Source: Octopus vulgaris (lineage: Eukaryota). Taken from it: a stretch of 64,000 bases of DNA. Both the position numbers and the translations under genes were made by a program. The notes under the pieces were generated by a model that had not been told where the DNA came from, did not search any database, and was given only the letters and a program-made list of their open reading frames with translations. Within the stretch, counting starts at the first letter, position 1, and every line of letters starts with the position of its first letter. Where the stretch lies: contig OX597814.1 of assembly GCA_951406725.2 (NCBI GenBank), positions 175,894,001-175,958,000 of the forward strand, given 5' to 3'. Positions 1-12,397 of the stretch are shown here, piece by piece.

Positions 1-628
1 TATATACAGCAGTCTAATTGTCACCAAGCAATCAGGCAATCTGATTGTCTTTGATTCTTGAAATTATCTCCTCTTCACATTTGGAGTTGGTCCCAATTGC
101 CACTAAACTATTAATTTGCTAATCTGGGAGCGGTGATAGTTTCATTGTATCAAGAATGTACCTTATGTACTTTTAAAATACCTTTGTTTGTTTTTGTTTT
201 ATACATACACAGGTGTGTATGTGTGTAAGTATGCATGCATTTATAGTTATGTGCTTTCTTGTGTGTGCGTGTGTGCATGTGTGTAAGTGATTGTTAGTGT
301 GTGTGTTTGCGCGTGCATGTGTAGGTGTGCAATGTGATGACATTTCTTCGCTTCCCACGTTAAAGATAACGGAAGCGACAGAACAAACTTATCCGTTTTA
401 TTATCTTCCTTAGCTTTCTTGATCCATGTTCAACTCACTTTCTTTTCTCTTTAATATACTAAGTGCGTTTATCAATCAACTAACCAATCCATTAATCACC
501 CAATCATTTGTGAAAAAAAAGCTAACAAGGTTTTCAAGAAACTAGGAGCGGGCCACGTCGACAAAAAAACTAAAACAAAACAAACCAAAAGCAAAAACAA
601 AATAATAAACTATCCAACAAGGTTTTCA

Positions 629-790
629 ATGGGAGAGTTTACGAAAAAAACAAAAGACGAAGATAGATGGTGTACAAAACAAGCAGATGTATCAGTATAA
701 CGCTCAGGAATGGAAAAAGTATTTTACATTTCGAGCTTACGCTCTTCTACAGAAAGGGACACAGAAAAAAAAGAGACAGAAAAAAAGGTT
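629..790 (-). mobile_element. Short interspersed repeat with a minimal hammerhead-like motif (probable Penelope-like pseudo-LTR remnant)
   Basis: Reverse complement aligns with 62388-62571. Minus strand 726-752 reads CTGTAGA-A-GAGC-GTAA-GCTC-GAAATGT. Confidence 0.6.
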
Positions 791-959
791 TTCAAACCAG
801 AATAGGAATTTCTGCGCAAATGTTTCATAGCTATTTGTTTATCTGGTACTCTTTAGATGCTCCGTTGTGGTATTGGAATGCAGGTCGTGTTGAATCAGAC
901 TTTATTTCTCAATTTAAGTTGCTATTGAAATGAATTTTAGGTCCCCATGAATCTGTTAA

Positions 960-1130
960 ATCACAATTTGAGACATAATGGTTTACTCAGTTGCTCGAAC
1001 TGCAGGAAATAACATCTTAATCTTCATCAAGTAGAAGTTTGTGATTTTTACAAAATAGGGATACATTAGATAATAGAGATTTCTGCATGAAAATAGATGT
1101 TTAGTCCTGATCTCCCTGCCCAAAACGTCA
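960..1130 (+). repeat. Old degenerate interspersed repeat (family D, 'ctgctagaaatagcagc' motif)
   Basis: Similar segments recur at about 2625-2680, 23285-23790, 31010-31130(-), 33195-33360 and 50890-50960(-). Confidence 0.45.
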
Positions 1131-1189
1131 GTATTCATCTACGTTTATATGTATTCATTATGTATGTATGTATGTATTATATCTATTTA

Positions 1190-1807
<618 letters not shown>

Positions 1808-2184
1808 GAAAGAGATTTGAGTCTGTCACACTATTCATATATTCATGTGCATATATATATATATATTTTCCTCTTTTTTGTCTCTCTCCAGAGCCATCAT
1901 CCCTCATATTAACATTTTCTTCAGATTAGCTACTACCTACCGAGCCTTCACAAAAATAAAGGTGAGAGAGACAGAAAAAAGGAACATGTCCTACCTATTT
2001 GAAGAGTATGGAAATATAAAAAAAAAATAAACGTTTCATTTAATTTTTCTATAATTTTATTCCAAGTCGAAAAAGTCTGAAACCAGTACTAAAATGTCCT
2101 TCATGATAAAATTACTTTAGCATTTCCTATATTGTTTTATTTTCCTTATACTTATCAATTCGTGTGTTACTTTTCAACCTTCTA

Positions 2185-2250
2185 CACACATACACACATA
2201 CACACATACATACATACATACATACATACATACATACATACATACATACA

Positions 2251-2281
<31 letters not shown>

Positions 2282-2426
2282 GAATATATATATATGTGTG
2301 TGTGTTGTATGTGTGTGTGTGTATGTATGTATGTATGAAAAGACAGGCAGACCTAGAGACAGATACTGAGAGAATGATAGCTAGACAATCAGACAGGCAA
2401 ACACACACACACACACACACTAACAT

Positions 2427-2495
<69 letters not shown>
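2185..2495. repeat. Compound microsatellite (TACA)n/(TG)n/(CA)n/(GA)n
   Basis: Directly visible. Confidence 0.95.
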
Positions 2496-2501
<6 letters not shown>

Positions 2502-3573
2502 ACTACCCTGTAATTTAGAACACAACAAAGCCGGCATCGTATACAGAAGTACACATATTGTCTTCGATGATTTAATGTCTCCCAAACCGTGTTAAGATTT
2601 CAAAAGATTATTGTCGAGCCAACGAAGAAACTTCTGGGCGGCCGTTTGGTCTGCTAGAATTAGCAGCTAAATCTGCTGAGAACTGTTTCCATGCCGCCTC
2701 TCGGCCGACTACAAGTATGCCGTATTTCTGTTCGATGAAAGACAACATGAATCGTTGACAACAATAGCAACAATTAGTATTGTAAACCAGTTAAACACCT
2801 ACGAATTTTGTGACATTTGGAAGAAGAAAAATATCTACCATAAGTTTTATCACGTACAGTCGTACACATAACTATGTTCTTAGTTACAAAGTATATTTCA
2901 ACATTGATTAACTGCTCACTTTCAACACACACACACACACACACACATAATTCATAAAAGAATTTTTCAAAGAGAGTACTTAAGTGTACTGAGTCGATGC
3001 AGTTACATGCGGTTTATAGTAACTTGAGTGAATAAAGCTGAGTGAATAAAGAACGAGATATCAAAAGAACACAACGTACAATACCTGTATTGACGCTGAC
3101 TTAGGTGTTAAATCTTAACAGTACAGACAAGTGTCAGAGAAGTCTGACGCAGATAGATAGATAGATAGATAGATAGATATAACTATAGTACATCTAGAAT
3201 ATATGAAAAGTAACAATTACTTTCTAATTTAGAAGCTAGTCATAGACAGGAGGCAGTATCCGTGATCGATGTAGGTATTACCAGCCATGTCATCAATGCA
3301 GTTGGTTTTCCATGCATATATATATATATATATAGTAGAGAGTCTGATAGAGTAGAACATCGGTGTTACTCCCAATGCAACACTTAACCTAAACTATTTG
3401 CTATCTACACTCTCGAATTAGAACCTTGGGAAGCATTGAAAGTCCACTCCAGTGGAAACCTCAGGTAATTTTCTGGTCAAAGAAGTACGTAACTCTTACG
3501 AAGAGTAACATACAATACAATTATGAACACGAAGAATGACTATATAGCATATCATTATTATTAGTTGCAGTAA

Positions 3574-4124
3574 GGCAGCGAGCTGGCAGAAACGTTAGCA
3601 CGCCAGGCGAAATGCTTGGCGGTATTTCGTCTGCCGCTACGTTCTGAGTTCAAATTCCGCCGAAGTTGACTTTGCCATCCATCCTTTCGGGGTCGATAAA
3701 TTAAGTAGAAATAGGTATTTCGTTTGTCTCCTCTGTGTTTAGCCCCTTGTGGGTAGTAAAGAAATAGGTATTTCGTCTGCCGTTACGTTCTGAGTTCAAA
3801 TTCCGCCGAGGTCGACTTTGCCTTTCATCCTTTCGGGGTCGATTAAATAGGTACCAGTTACGCACTGGGGTCGATATAATCGACTTAATCCCTTTGTCTG
3901 TCCTTGTTTGTCCTCTCTGTGTTTAGCCCCTTGTGGGTAGTAAAGAAATAGGTATTTCGCCCGTCTCTATGTTCTGAGTTCAAACTGCACCGAGACCGAC
4001 TTTACCTTTCATCCTTTCAGGGTCGATAAATTAAGTACCAGTTGAGTACTGGAGTCGATGTAATCGACTATCCCCCTCCCCCAAAATTTCAGGCCTTGTA
4101 CTTACAATAGAAAGGATTATTATT
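3574..4124 (+). mobile_element. tRNA-derived SINE family A, multimer (about 3 units)
   Basis: Head GGCAGCGAGCTGGCAGAAACGTTAGCA and B-box GAGTTCAAATTCC. Core GGTCGACTTTGCCTTTCATCCTTTCGGGGTCGATAAA repeated three times. Junctions at 3708, 3761 and 3945. Ends in (ATT)n. Confidence 0.92.
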
Positions 4125-4329
4125 AACTACAATTGCCTCGGTATTAATCTGTTTTTAACGTCAATGTACGTAAATGATTCTACGCGAAAAAGGTTTTATA
4201 ATGTAAGAAAGCAGTCTTGATGTTAGTCTGTTGAAGTATCATTCCACTATAATCAATTGGAGATAATAACAAAAATGTGCTAAATTCACTCTTCGTCCTT
4301 CTATATCTATACACATACAAACTTATGTA

Positions 4330-4485
4330 TGTAGCTGTATGGTAAGAAGCTTATTTCCCAACCGCATGGTTCCAGGTTCAATCCCACTGCGTAACACCTT
4401 GGGCAAGTGTCGTCTACTATAGCCTCGGGTCGACCAAAGTGTTGTGAGTGGATTTATTAGACGGAAACTGAAAGAAGCTCGTGAT
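4330..4485 (+). mobile_element. SINE family B (CORE-like), 5' part
   Basis: GGTTCAATCCC B-box followed by CACCTTGGGCAAGTGTC; homologous to 6027-6456. Confidence 0.85.
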
Positions 4486-5387
4486 ATACACACACACACA
4501 CACACACACGGCTATAAGTACATATTTTCTTGCAGGAGACCAGCATATACTATTGGAAGAAAAAACATTGTCTGCATAGACGAACTCACCAATCCATTCT
4601 CATCCCACGTCTCGCTCATTTTCTCTTCCTTTTCTTGATTACTATTTGTTTCCATAGTTTCTCTAAGCTTGTCCTCTCTTACATATATCCATTTATTGAT
4701 ATTTGCAACAATTTTTCCGCTTATGAATTCATTTATAATTTTTATGACTATAAAAACCACACTATATATACATTTTTTAATTGTTTTCTCTGTTTTTTCT
4801 CTTTCTATCTCAGTGTATCAATGTTTTTAATCACCGATTGACTGGTTATGAGTTAAAGTCGTCTGAGCAACCGGAAGTAGTAATCTCAGCGGTCCACTAA
4901 TCCATCAGCCAGCCTGGAAAAACTCGTGAGTGATTTACGAAATTAAAAATTTAATTGGTTTCAGCAGATTTCTTTCTTTTGTTATTCTTGTAGTTTGTTT
5001 CGTTATCAATTCATTTATTTCGTTCAAGCTATTTTATTTTAGTACTTATTTATTTTGCGTAGTGCATTTATGCAGATTTTAGTGTTTTTGTAGCTGCACA
5101 TATATATACTTTTGTTCATAATTAAGCAGCAAGTTATCGAAATATCTTCTAAATATGTCTTCAGTTGTGAAGAAGAGGCAACATGATGACTTCTTAATTA
5201 GACATGTAAATCATAATGGAGGTCATGGAAGGGAGGATGATAGAGGCAGACAGTGGTAGTAGAATGACATTGCATAACATTAATGTTTTTTTCTCAGGCA
5301 ACCTCAGCAAACAAAGTGGAAAATAATCGTCAACCAGTTAGCAAACCCGGTTAATATTCTTCTTCTTTTAATATTATTCTTTACCAA

Positions 5388-5601
5388 GGCAGTGAGCTGG
5401 TAGAAATGTCAGCAAAATGCTTAGCGGTATTTCATCCGTCTTTACGTTAATATCTTTCTACAATAGGCACAAGGCTTGAAATTTCGGGGGCCGGTGTAAG
5501 TCGATTATAGTGCTCAGCTGGAGCTTGTTTTATCGGCCCTGAAAGAATGAAAGGTAAAATGGATTTCGGTGGAATTTGTACTAACGATTCTGCCAGCTCG
5601 C
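5388..5601. mobile_element. SINE A fragments in opposite orientation (plus-strand head, then minus-strand copy)
   Basis: GGCAGTGAGCTGGTAGAA... followed by ...GGCACAAGGC...ATTCTGCCAGCTCGC. Confidence 0.75.
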
Positions 5602-6026
5602 AATAATATTATTAATAATAATAATAATTTATTAGCCACAGGGGCGTATATGAGGGGGACATCAGAAGGACCGACAGCAATTTGTGTAGGGATTTACATA
5701 AAGGATAGGAAGGAAGAAATGGAAAAGAAGGTGAAATGCAATAAAAGTATACACAGTATACAAAGTATGTGATAACATGAATGATGCAGTCCTTATACAG
5801 CTAGGGCTAATCAAAGAACTCCACAGATCAAGGGTTACCTTGACCACCAAAGGCGCAAACCCTCTCTCTCCTCTCTCCTGTACAGGAGCATATTTAGAGT
5901 AAGGTTATTCACTCTGACCATTTTTGCATTCAGGAAATCCTACAGATTTCATACTGCTAAGGTTTATGTACCCCTCACACTACCCGCTTTTCCGGCCTAT
6001 AAGCTGATGTTGACTGTAAAGTATTT

Positions 6027-6186
6027 CACAGGAATGGCTGTGTGGTAAGTAGCTTATTTACCAACCACATGGTTCCAGGTTCAGTCCCACTGCGTGGCAC
6101 CTTGGGCAAGTGTCTCCTACTATAGCCTCGGGCCGACCAAAGCCTTGTGAGTGGATTTGGTAGACGGAAACTGAAAGAAGCCCGTC

Positions 6187-6233
<47 letters not shown>

Positions 6234-6456
6234 CGTGTGTGTGTTTGTGTGTCTGTGTTTGTCCCCCCCCAACATCGCTTGACAACCGATGCTGGTGTGT
6301 TTATGTCCCCGTTACTTAGCGGTTCGGCAAAAGAGACCGATAGAATAAGTACTGGGCTTACAAAAGAATAAGTCCCGGGGTCGAGTTGCTCGATTAAAGG
6401 CGGTGCTCCAGCATGGCCGCAGTCAAATGACTGAAACAAGTAAAAGAGTAAAAGAG
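6027..6456 (+). mobile_element. Full-length SINE family B with internal (TA)n(TG)n
   Basis: A-box-like TGGCTGTGTGG, B-box GGTTCAGTCCC, CORE-like GGCACCTTGGGCAAGTG and repeated TAAAAGAG tail. Near-identical to 19358-19765 and 35500-35929. Confidence 0.93.
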
Positions 6457-7859
6457 TATGTGTAATTTTCGCCATTCTCAAACACTTTTCAAATATTCAC
6501 TGGAAGTCAGCATTTCTTTCTCCATCATCACTTTCCTCTCCAAGGGGAACATGAAGAAGTGAATAAAGGATTGGCCTGTTTTTTTTTAGTTCTTTTATTC
6601 TTTTCCACGATGGAATCTCTTTATCTATAGCAACCTTAATGATGAGAAACTGCCTTTCTTTCATGGCCAAACATAGCTATAGGCGATTTTCGCAATGGAA
6701 TTGGCCGCAACCAGATTCCTTGCAATAGCTGTTCGGCATAATCCTAAAAATCAAGAATGCTTGGACATCGAAAACAATATACACAGAAAGGTTTCGTTAC
6801 TCTGCGCCATCTGGCATCTCGATGAGGCCTGAAATGCATTCGACCCTCCCCTATTGCTTGAATTCCATCCTTGTTCCCGATCATTTCTGGTGAAGCCTGT
6901 GCCCCTCTTGAACTCATACATCCTCCTCCTTCTCGCAAATACAGCTATGACCAAACGCTCGACTTTTATTTCTGTTATAATGTGAACGCAAAGCCGAAAG
7001 ATCTTAACCTACCCCACTGGAAGCGTCCTGACAGCTCTTATTATTTTTTGATGGCGCTCTTGTCGCCCCAAGCAAAAGTGCCAATCTTAGCAATCGACCA
7101 GCTAGTCTTTATTACTGTTACTTTATTACTACAGCTGTGAAAACGGAAGTGGTGCTGGTGGTGGTGGTGTGGATGCTTAATACCGCAAAAGCTAGTAGAC
7201 CATTGAGTTGGTAGTGACGGTGATATTGTTTTTATTTTGTTCTGTCACTCGTCATTGTTTGTTGTTATTGTTGATGCTGATAATAATTCTATTTTTCTTA
7301 GCTTCGGTAGCGTTGTTCAAATTTTTCTCAGCTGCAGCGTGTCTTTATTTGCTGTTCGACAATTTGTTGTTGCCGTTGCTGGAAACGCACCTTGCTTCTC
7401 AATCATGTCTTTGGGGAGTGGTGGTGAGAATAGTATTTGCATTGTTGATTGACAGAAATAAGTAGTCAATTCCAAGGAAAATAGCAGACCCCCCTTACCG
7501 CACGTCTTTCTTCTTCTTATTCTCCCTTGATAACTGGATGTCAAATTTGACACCACATTTAAAGTTTTGAAAATGCTACGATACCATATATATATATATA
7601 TGTACGTACGTACCCCAGTGAAAGTTAGGCGAACAAATAGAGAATCAATACATCCTATTTCTAGGTTGTGGGTTGGGTTATTTCGGCAGAAAAATATGTA
7701 ATAAAAGTTAATATTAACAAGTTCTCGAAAAGGGAAAATATACAATAAATATTTTCGAAGCCAATGGAGCAGGGTGAAACGCGTTACATCCAGGTTGGAA
7801 CAAATATATAAAAATAATAGCAACAACAGCAGCAACAGGAATAATAATGATAACAGTTT

Positions 7860-8165
7860 CAAATTTTGGCACAAGGCCAGCAAGTTGGTGGGAGGGGATA
7901 TGTCGATTACATTCACCCATGTGTGGTTGTGTGTGTGTGTATGCGTTTGGTATGTGTGTGCATGTGTCTTTGTATTTGTGATTGATCCCAGTACAGTTTG
8001 ACAACCGGTGTTGGTGTATTTACGTTCCCGTAACTCAGCAAAAGAGACCGATAAAATTAATACCAGGATTATTAAAAAAAAAAAGTACTGACGTTGATTC
8101 GTTCGGCTAAAATTCTTCAAGTCAATGCCCCAGCATTGACTAAAACAAGTGAAAGATAAAAGATT
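7860..8165. mobile_element. SINE A tail fragment (-) fused to the 3' half of SINE B (+)
   Basis: GGCACAAGGCCAGC..., then TTGACAACCGGTGTTGGTGT...GACTAAAACAAGT. Confidence 0.7.
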
Positions 8166-8919
8166 CAGATAGTTAACTATCTTCATTCAAAAATAAATAC
8201 GAAAGCCCCCATCTCCGGCACCAATAATATGTTTTACAATTATATGTTATACAAGCTCGCCTGAGAAAAAGTTGTGAGGGAATGAAAATTATGTGACTCC
8301 CAGGGCTATGCAAATTCATGTTACGATAAAAACAAGTTATCCAAATTTTATACACTTGTCAATTTGGCATACCCAATATATTTAACTTCTTAGCAAAGAA
8401 TGTTGAAAAAGACAGAGAAACCTAAAAAAAAAATGCTGGTAACTGTGCAGCCTAGTAATTGAAATATCATAAAATGTGAATTTTGCACAAAAAATATAGA
8501 ACAGTCCTTCTAATTATAGAAAAATCGAAAAACTGTCAGGAAAGCTTTCCATGTGTGAAGTTTAGAAAATTGTCGTTTCAAGAAGCGCTTGTAATCTGTA
8601 GAATATATCGATGGGATTTAAAAAAGAGGAAAAGTATACGCGAAAGAAGAGCTAACACATGTTTTTTTTTTTATCCCTAGTCTTACAATACCTTCAGTAG
8701 TGCATGTATACTTAAAACAGTACAATATTATAAGATAAGAACAACAACAACAGCAATAACAATAACAACAACAACAATAATAATAATATGAAGAAGAAGA
8801 TGATGATGATGATGGTGGTGGAGAAGAAGATGATGATGATGATGGAGGATAAGAAGAAGAAGAAGAAGATGATGATGATGATGATGATGGTGAAGAAGAA
8901 AGAAGAAGAAGAAGAAGAA

Positions 8920-9125
8920 GAATTTTGGCACGGGTCCAGCAGATTTTGAGGAGAGAGGAAGTCGATTAACTCAACCTTAGTGATTATCTGGCGCTTATTT
9001 TATCAACCCTGAAACGATGAAAGGCAAAGCCGACCTCGGTAGAAATTGATTTCAGAAGGTAAAGACGAAAAGAATGCTGCTAAGCATTTTGCTGGGCGCG
9101 TTAATGATTCTGCCAGCTCACTAAC
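8920..9125 (-). mobile_element. SINE A, degenerate
   Basis: GATGAAAGGCAAAGCCGACCTCGG and TCTGCCAGCTC on the plus strand. Confidence 0.8.
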
Positions 9126-9149
9126 TTCATCATCATCATAATAATAACC

Positions 9150-10050
9150 AGGCAGTGGTTCTCATGACTTCTCATCTTATCTGACTAAAAGTGTTATCAA
9201 GTACATTATTTTGCCTTGGTATAAAAAAAATGAGCTACAGCAAATATTCTACTCAATACCACAGATTTGCTTGTCAGTTGTTTGAACTTAATCAGTTTAG
9301 CATATTTCTTAGTGGCTGACGATATGTGCGATTCAGATCACGGGCAGAAGTAATGGGGAAGCATCATAGCTTTGGGATTTGCATAATTCACCTCTGGAAA
9401 CATGGGTGTTTTGTTCAAAATCCATAATCAGCCCTTATTCAGGGACATTTTGTGCGGGTTGAGCTACTCGACCTGAAGACAATTCTAGCTCCACCTGCAA
9501 AGTCATCCGCTTTTTGTCTTGATATAAGATCACCATGTCACGCACATATAGTTGTGATGCATGTGCCTGGTGTATCCTTATCAGACGGGTAGCCATGATG
9601 GGTATACTGGGCTTCGTATATTTTACCCGAGTGTCACTTTGATGGCATGCACTGCTCTCTCATTTAATAATAATAATAAATGTCCTGGTGCAATACGAAT
9701 GCCTTGATGCAGTATCAGGCACTAGCTCTCATGGCTTCTGATCTTAACTGATTGGAAGTGTTATCATTTACATGTTTTGTCTTGTTATACAAGATGGGCG
9801 ACAGCAAATAATAACAAAAATATACTTGTCAGTTGTTCGACCTTAACCCTTTGTGGCTGACGATGTGTGCGTGTCTGATCAAGGGCGGAGGTAGTGGGGG
9901 AGCATCATAACTATGTGTAATAATAATAATAATTATAATAATAAATGCCCTGATGCAGTATCAGACAGTGGCTCTCATGGCTTCTGATCTTAACTGATTG
10001 GAAGTGTTATGGTATAAAATATGGGCTACAGCAAATATTCTGCTCAATAC
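9150..10050 (-). mobile_element. Three stacked copies of a non-coding retroposon in (TAA)n (probable non-autonomous R4/Dong derivative)
   Basis: Copies at about 9150-9665, 9680-9920 and 9945-10050 share the GGCAGTGGCTCTCATGGCTTCTGATCTTAACTG-type end. They are separated by (TAA)n and differ in length at the other end. Confidence 0.65.
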
Positions 10051-10229
10051 CTCGGTGGAATTTGAACTCAGAACGTAGCGATGTGTGAAATACCACTAAG
10101 CATTTCGTCGAGCGCGCTAACGATTTTGCCAGCTCACCGCCTAATAATAATAACAACAAATTGATGATGATAATGATAATAATAATAATAATGATAATAA
10201 TAATAATAATAATGATGATGATGATGATA

Positions 10230-11210
10230 AAGACCAAAGAGCAAAGAAAAAGAAAAATACTTTCACGAGCTAAGATGGGTTCTTAATTGCGGCAGATCAA
10301 GCCAGAAATCACCAAACAAAAAAAAAAAGGGAGGCGGGCAAAGAAATAATACATAATGAGGCAGAATACGGAAGTAACTGCAAAATATGTGGTAAGAGGA
10401 AATAAACAATAAATATTGTTTCTGGGTACTCAGTCTTGGTCACGAAAATATATTCTGTGGACATATAAAACTTCCAGTTTTTATATATCTACAGACATGT
10501 GAATTATGCAATACCAACAGAAAAGTGATTGTGTCGGCTTATTCCAGAAAATGTCAAAGAAAATTACAATGCAGTCATACTCTGGGATATGCCAATACAT
10601 AAAAACAGAGAGATTAGGGATAATCGACCAGATATTACTGATAAGGCCCTCCAAGCAATTATGTACCTCCAAATTGACATATCAGTCCCACCAAGAAATG
10701 AGGATAGAGAAACTATTGAAATAGAAAGATCTGGAAACAGAAAAAAAAAAACACGAATGTGGAGCTTGTGAACAAAAACAATCCCTTTAATAAAAAGTGT
10801 TTTGGGAATTTTAGAAACAATTCCATAACACAAGCCCCAGGACTTACAAATATTCTTTTCTACTCTAGGCACAAGGCCAAAATTTTCAGGTAAGGGGCCA
10901 GTCGATTAGAACGACCCCAGATCGCAACCGGTACTTAATTCATCGACCCCAAAAGGATGAAAGGCAAAGTTGACCTCGGCGGAATTTGGAGTCAGAACGT
11001 AAAGACAGAAGAAATGCCGCTAAGCATTTCGCCCGGCGCGCTAAGGTTTCTGCCAGCTCGCCGCCATGGACTTACAAATATTTATTACATACGGGAAATA
11101 GTACTGCCTGACACCGCACACATCTTACCTAGAACATTCTCTATACAGTGAAACTAATATCAAAACAAACCACAGCACACATCTGAGGCACATAGAGCTG
11201 CAATAATAAT
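10230..11210 (+). mobile_element. R4/Dong-like non-LTR retrotransposon 3' fragment (zinc finger + RLE), interrupted by SINE A
   Basis: Degenerate GFLIAA(Q)DQA and CKICG motifs. ORF 10529-10771 has ILWDMPIHKNREIRDNRPDI and IDISVP (PD..D nuclease). C-terminus IREIVLPDTAHILPRTFS lies after the SINE. Flanked by (AAT)n. Confidence 0.85.
10855..11067 (-). mobile_element. SINE A monomer with 15-bp TSD
   Basis: GGACTTACAAATATT at both 10840-10854 and 11068-11082. Confidence 0.93.
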
Positions 11211-11221
11211 GTTGGTGGTGG

Positions 11222-11413
11222 TGGTGGTGTTAGTAGCAGTAGTAGTAGTAGTAGTAGCGGTAGTAGTAGTAGTAGCGGTAGTAGTAGCAGTAGTAGTAGT
11301 ATTAGTATTATTATTATTAGTAGTAGTAGTAGCGGTAGTAGTAGTAGTAGTAGTTGTAGTAGCAGTAGTAGTAGTAGCGGTATTAGTAGTAGCGGTAGTA
11401 GTAGTAGTAGTAG
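11222..11413. repeat. (GTA/GCA)n trinucleotide microsatellite
   Basis: Directly visible. Confidence 0.95.
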
Positions 11414-11712
11414 TTGGAAGCGTCATCCAACCAAAGTACAAACATATGGGAAACTACCACCTGTATCATCTCTTGTGAAAGGTAGGAGAGTCCAGTTTGC
11501 TGGACATTGTTGTAGAGCTGAAAACGAGGCAATTTCTACTCTTTTCTTCTGGAAGCCATCTACTCGCGATACCAGAGGGCGCACACTCTCCTACCCTGAT
11601 GTAATCTCCAGGGATACAGGCATTCAGCAACATGACCTCCGTAATGCTATGATGGACCGTGAAGTAGCATAGTAAATTCCATTGTCTCGACCACGGTCGA
11701 ACAATGATAATG
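11414..11712 (+). mobile_element. 5'-truncated RTE-group (RTE-X-like) LINE 3' end
   Basis: Translates as WKRHPTK..YGKLPPVSSLVKGRRVQFAGHCCRA...WKP...RGRTLSYPDVISRDTG...MMDR. Ends in a terminal hairpin and an ATG-repeat tail. Confidence 0.8.
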
Positions 11713-12166
11713 AGTAGTAGTAGTTCTAACAAAGGCACAAGGCCTGGGAATCTGTGAAGACAGAGCCTAAGATCGATAGATATTGATTATACTGCCGATC
11801 CCGATACTTGATTGGTAAAGAATAATCGTTGCTTTTCATTTTTCATTAGGGTTCATTCATACACACAATAAAGAGTGCTACAAAAAAAAAAATGAATAAA
11901 AAGGTTTTTCAGGAAATGTAGGGAAACAGATAGTTCAATAAGGATGAGTGATGAGGCAAAAACATTACACGTTGTATATATGGAAGTAATTAAAATGGGA
12001 TCCAAATAAATACACATAAGTAGACTAGTAAACACAAACACAGATATGTATTTATATGTGTATATATAGATACATCGTTTTTGTACATGCATATATGTAA
12101 GCTTATACTTACACACATATATATACATACTTACATACATACATTCAGACACACATATATACATAT

Positions 12167-12397
12167 ACTTCTTTACTACCCACAAGGGGCTAAACACAGA
12201 GGGGACAAACAAGGACAGACAAACAGATTAAGTCGATTATATCGACCCCAGTGCGCAACTGGTACTTAATTTATCGACCCCGAAAGGATGAAAGGCAAAG
12301 TCGACCGCGGCGGAATTTGAACTTAGAACGTAACGGCAGACGAAATACGGATACGCATTTCGCCCGGCGTGCTAACGTTTCTGCCAGCTCGCCGCCT
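12167..12397 (-). mobile_element. SINE A monomer (tail type I) with 16-bp TSD
   Basis: ACACATATATACATAT at 12151-12166 and 12398-12413 (low complexity, so less certain). Confidence 0.92.

Noticed and set aside
6744-6954. CVYCFRC motif suggesting a gag zinc knuckle, and CGATGAGGCCTGAAA suggesting a hammerhead
   Set aside because: The His/Cys spacing of CCHC is missing and a stop follows. The hammerhead lacks stem II and a correct core.
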